NCBI GenBank assembly: GCA_910579525.1
Contig: CAJTUK010000004.1
Span: 192,112 to 256,111 of the forward strand
Length of the DNA stretch: 64,000 bases
Source of the DNA: an uncultured Christensenella sp.
GTDB taxonomy: Bacteria; Bacillota; Clostridia; Christensenellales; Borkfalkiaceae
Direction of reading: 5' to 3'
How positions within the stretch are numbered: the stretch's first letter is position 1; each line of letters begins with the position of its first letter. The position numbers and the translations under genes were made by a program. This document shows positions 61,700 to 64,000 of the stretch, piece by piece. The notes under the pieces were generated by a model, which ran no database searches, had not been told where the DNA came from, and was given only the letters and a program-made list of their open reading frames with translations.

Positions 61700-64000
61700 T
61701 TACATAAAAGTCTCGGATGAAGCGGCTCTTTTGAAGGAAAAATCGTAATAATTTTCGGTTCCTTCGACGTCTTCGACGAGCATATAAACGGTCTCTCTGC
61801 TCTCGTCAACCATCTTCATAAAAGTCTCGTCTGGCTTACCAAACATAATCTCAAACATCAGATTTTTAATGGAGCGGTTCTCTTTTTTTTCAACCTCTTT
61901 AAGAACCAGATACATCAAATATTCGTGTGATGACATCTTACTTATTGCGTTCTCACACTCTTGTTTGAGCTGCGCGGCTATCTCTCTGGCGAGTTGTTTG
62001 CCCGCTTTGTCCTTATCGTCATAGCCGATGTAAGTTTCGGTGATGCGCGTCTTGTAGAACTTAATCATTTCAATGATTTTATCGCGCACGATGTTGTACG
62101 CACCACTCTTGGCTGTTGGCTTCTTTATAATATCCATTAAAGGAATTATATTCTTATTGGTTAGGCGAGCTTGACGATAGTTTGCGGACGAGATTATCTT
62201 CTGTAAATAATCCATAGGTGTCTCAAAATATCTGTACATCGTGTCGGGCGGCAGCGCATAGCCATTTTCAGTAGTAATCATCTTGAAGAACATTGGCTTT
62301 AACGTCTTACCGTCCTCTTCAATGTGGTACTTGCGTTTCAGTATATCAATCTCCTTGCCGCTGTCTATTGTAAACTCTTTCTTTGCTTTATCGATTTCAA
62401 CTCCGGAGAGCACGTCGAGCTTGCAGATGTCCCAGTAAAGTTCTTGGTTCGCTTCGATACTCTTGCCGCTGTGCAAGCGTTCCCAGTACAAGCTATTGAG
62501 CTGTTGCGAGAGGTTGACTATCTCTCCTATTTTGTTAACACTTGTTCTTACATCGAGGTCAGCTCTGTCTGATGAATTGTAGCGGCGCTTTGTTTTCTGT
62601 GCGCTGACGCAGTTTGTTGGGACGAGGTACACACCATAGTTTTTACGAGCGGTCTGTATGAGCAATTCGTTGTCCGTAAGTAACATGGTGTCGCTGTCCA
62701 TATCGGCACCGGAGAGCCTTTGCAGAATGTTCTCGCCTATCGAGTTGATGTACACAATCTCGTTAGTCATATTGAAGTACTTGTCAATGTTTTCGCTGGC
62801 TACGTTCTGGGCAAGTAGAATATTCCCCATCGTTACGTGAGGGCTTCGCGAGCCGAGCACGGTCTTGCCGTATTCAAATTTGTGGCTATGTATATTACCG
62901 ATGCCAATCTCGCTGCTACCGTCGAATTGCCCTATCGCTTGCCTCAACAATTCGAGACCGTTCCCGAGTAATGTGGAGTAGTTTCCATTGAGAAGGATGT
63001 GTCCTCGTTTGAGATTTCGGAAGAACCCCTTGACGATGTCGTCGCGGAACTCTTTGTAAATTTTTGTGCGACTGAACTTGTCGTTGATGCCCAATAATTT
63101 GAACACGATTTCATTCTTTGTTGTCAACGAACTCAGCTCCGCTTCTTCCTCCGCATTTTTGAACGCATAGCCGATATGATAACGCAGCACCGCGGGGTCT
63201 TGTCGTATGGCGCCCACATAAGCCAGTGACGGCTTCAAAAGTTCTTCCACGTCTTTATACGAGAGTTGCAAAGTGTTCAGGAGCTGATAGTGACATTGAA
63301 CCATTCTGCCATCAAAGAAGTGAGTTTCTTTCTCGTATTTAACGATACCGAAAGTGTGTTCAATGTTCGCCAGCCAGTCTTCGATAGAGCCAAACTTTAG
63401 ATACTTTACGCTGCTCGGCGTGGTAATGAGTTTGACTTGAGAGATGTCTGTCGCAAGAGTGAAACCGTTGAGCTGTTCAACGCTCGTAATACCGTTGTCC
63501 GCAAACCATTGTTGGATATTTGCATTGAACGCGCACGTCTTGAAGAAGCGGTTACGCAACAATACCATTCCTTTGCTTGCATAGTCTCCAAACATACTCA
63601 CATCAAGCAGCGACTCGCCATCCCAGATACAGTTTGTGACATCCACTTCCTTCTCGCTTGCCACAAGCCGTCCGTCCTTTTCTTCTACGGCGATAACCTT
63701 ATCTTTGAAACAGCTCTCAAAGTCATCGACGATAAGAATGTTCTCGGGTTCAATTATCATTGTGTCGATAATGCTGCTCATAGGTAATGCTATGTAAGCC
63801 TCGTATGACGCAAGGTCGATTGGTGCGTTGTCTCTTATGGTTAAACCACATCTATCCCAGCGCGCCATTCTCTTTGCAACCACCTCGTTAACGAACAAGC
63901 ATTTCCCTACGCGGCTACTGCCCGCGCTTCTTTTATAGCGCACATATTTGATGCCGTCACAAACAAACCCGTTCTCGTACAACTCTTGTCTTAAGTCTGC
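61700..64000 (-). CDS. Two-barrel (YonO / RdRP-like) single-subunit RNA polymerase candidate, N-terminus outside the window
   Basis: At least 760 aa. The frame stays open upstream of the TTG at 63982 to the window edge. GSRSPHVTMGNIL plus SGADMDSDTM (D427/D429/D431, codons at 62690-62704) parallel beta-prime NRAPTLH...NADFDGDQM and eukaryotic RdRP RNPxxHPGD...DxDGD. Confidence 0.55.
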   Translation of the reverse strand, partial: ADLRQELYENGFVCDGIKYVRYKRSAGSSRVGKCLFVNEVVAKRMARWDRCGLTIRDNAPIDLASYEAYIALPMSSIIDTMIIEPENILIVDDFESCFKDKVIAVEEKDGRLVASEKEVDVTNCIWDGESLLDVSMFGDYASKGMVLLRNRFFKTCAFNANIQQWFADNGITSVEQLNGFTLATDISQVKLITTPSSVKYLKFGSIEDWLANIEHTFGIVKYEKETHFFDGRMVQCHYQLLNTLQLSYKDVEELLKPSLAYVGAIRQDPAVLRYHIGYAFKNAEEEAELSSLTTKNEIVFKLLGINDKFSRTKIYKEFRDDIVKGFFRNLKRGHILLNGNYSTLLGNGLELLRQAIGQFDGSSEIGIGNIHSHKFEYGKTVLGSRSPHVTMGNILLAQNVASENIDKYFNMTNEIVYINSIGENILQRLSGADMDSDTMLLTDNELLIQTARKNYGVYLVPTNCVSAQKTKRRYNSSDRADLDVRTSVNKIGEIVNLSQQLNSLYWERLHSGKSIEANQELYWDICKLDVLSGVEIDKAKKEFTIDSGKEIDILKRKYHIEEDGKTLKPMFFKMITTENGYALPPDTMYRYFETPMDYLQKIISSANYRQARLTNKNIIPLMDIIKKPTAKSGAYNIVRDKIIEMIKFYKTRITETYIGYDDKDKAGKQLAREIAAQLKQECENAISKMSSHEYLMYLVLKEVEKKENRSIKNLMFEIMFGKPDETFMKMVDESRETVYMLVEDVEGTENYYDFSFKRAASSETFM

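Larger units (their letters stand above)
5625..64000. mobile_element. Siphovirus-like prophage, right end beyond the window
   Basis: Continuous phage gene content from 5.9 kb to the window edge: replication, nucleotide metabolism, terminase, portal, capsid, tape measure, Dit/Tal, holin, tyrosine recombinase. The left limit is bracketed by the host pta promoter (5593-5621) and the first phage-side promoter (5854). Confidence 0.85.

Noticed and set aside
1-64000. CRISPR arrays, rRNA or tRNA genes
   Set aside because: No spaced direct-repeat arrays were seen, and no tRNA-like sequences were seen in the intergenic regions inspected. A covariance-model scan would be needed to exclude small RNAs formally.

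Overview
The first ~5.6 kb are ordinary chromosome of a low-GC Gram-positive type, all on the minus strand: asparaginase-family gene, asnS, DUF177-rpmF, ackA-pta. From a junction between ~5.63 and 5.85 kb to the right edge, the window is a single large siphovirus-like prophage (>58 kb, truncated at 64000). Rightward block (5.9-26 kb) holds early, replication and nucleotide-metabolism genes: Lar-like, P-loop NTPase + Thg1-like, NADAR, HD, ERF/SSB/Cas4-like nuclease, gp4-like primase-helicase, Pol III alpha, two PP-loop paralogues, ThyX-like, dNMP kinase, nucleotidase, NrdDG, dUTPase, PTH2. A lipoprotein moron follows (26.1-26.6 kb). Leftward block (64 to 26.8 kb) holds a partial two-barrel RNA-polymerase-like gene, metallophosphoesterase, HU, tyrosine recombinase, terminase, portal, capsid, tail, tape measure, Dit/Tal, fibres, a complete diversity-generating retroelement (DGR) and an LL-H holin. 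Main findings: (1) the DGR, with a hand-aligned TR/VR pair in which all 27 mismatches fall on template adenines; (2) a YonO/RdRP-like single-subunit RNAP candidate, plus a conserved ACATATTTAGACAC element at four operon starts that may be its promoter or an operator; (3) an early-gene cluster of tRNA-repair and counter-defence-like functions (P-loop + Thg1-like, NADAR, HD, PTH2); (4) tandem PP-loop paralogues, one with an AAGAG-type pentanucleotide tract at its 5' end that could act as a frame switch; (5) a primase zinc finger with no canonical start codon. All calls come from motif and synteny recognition by eye. No database search was run.
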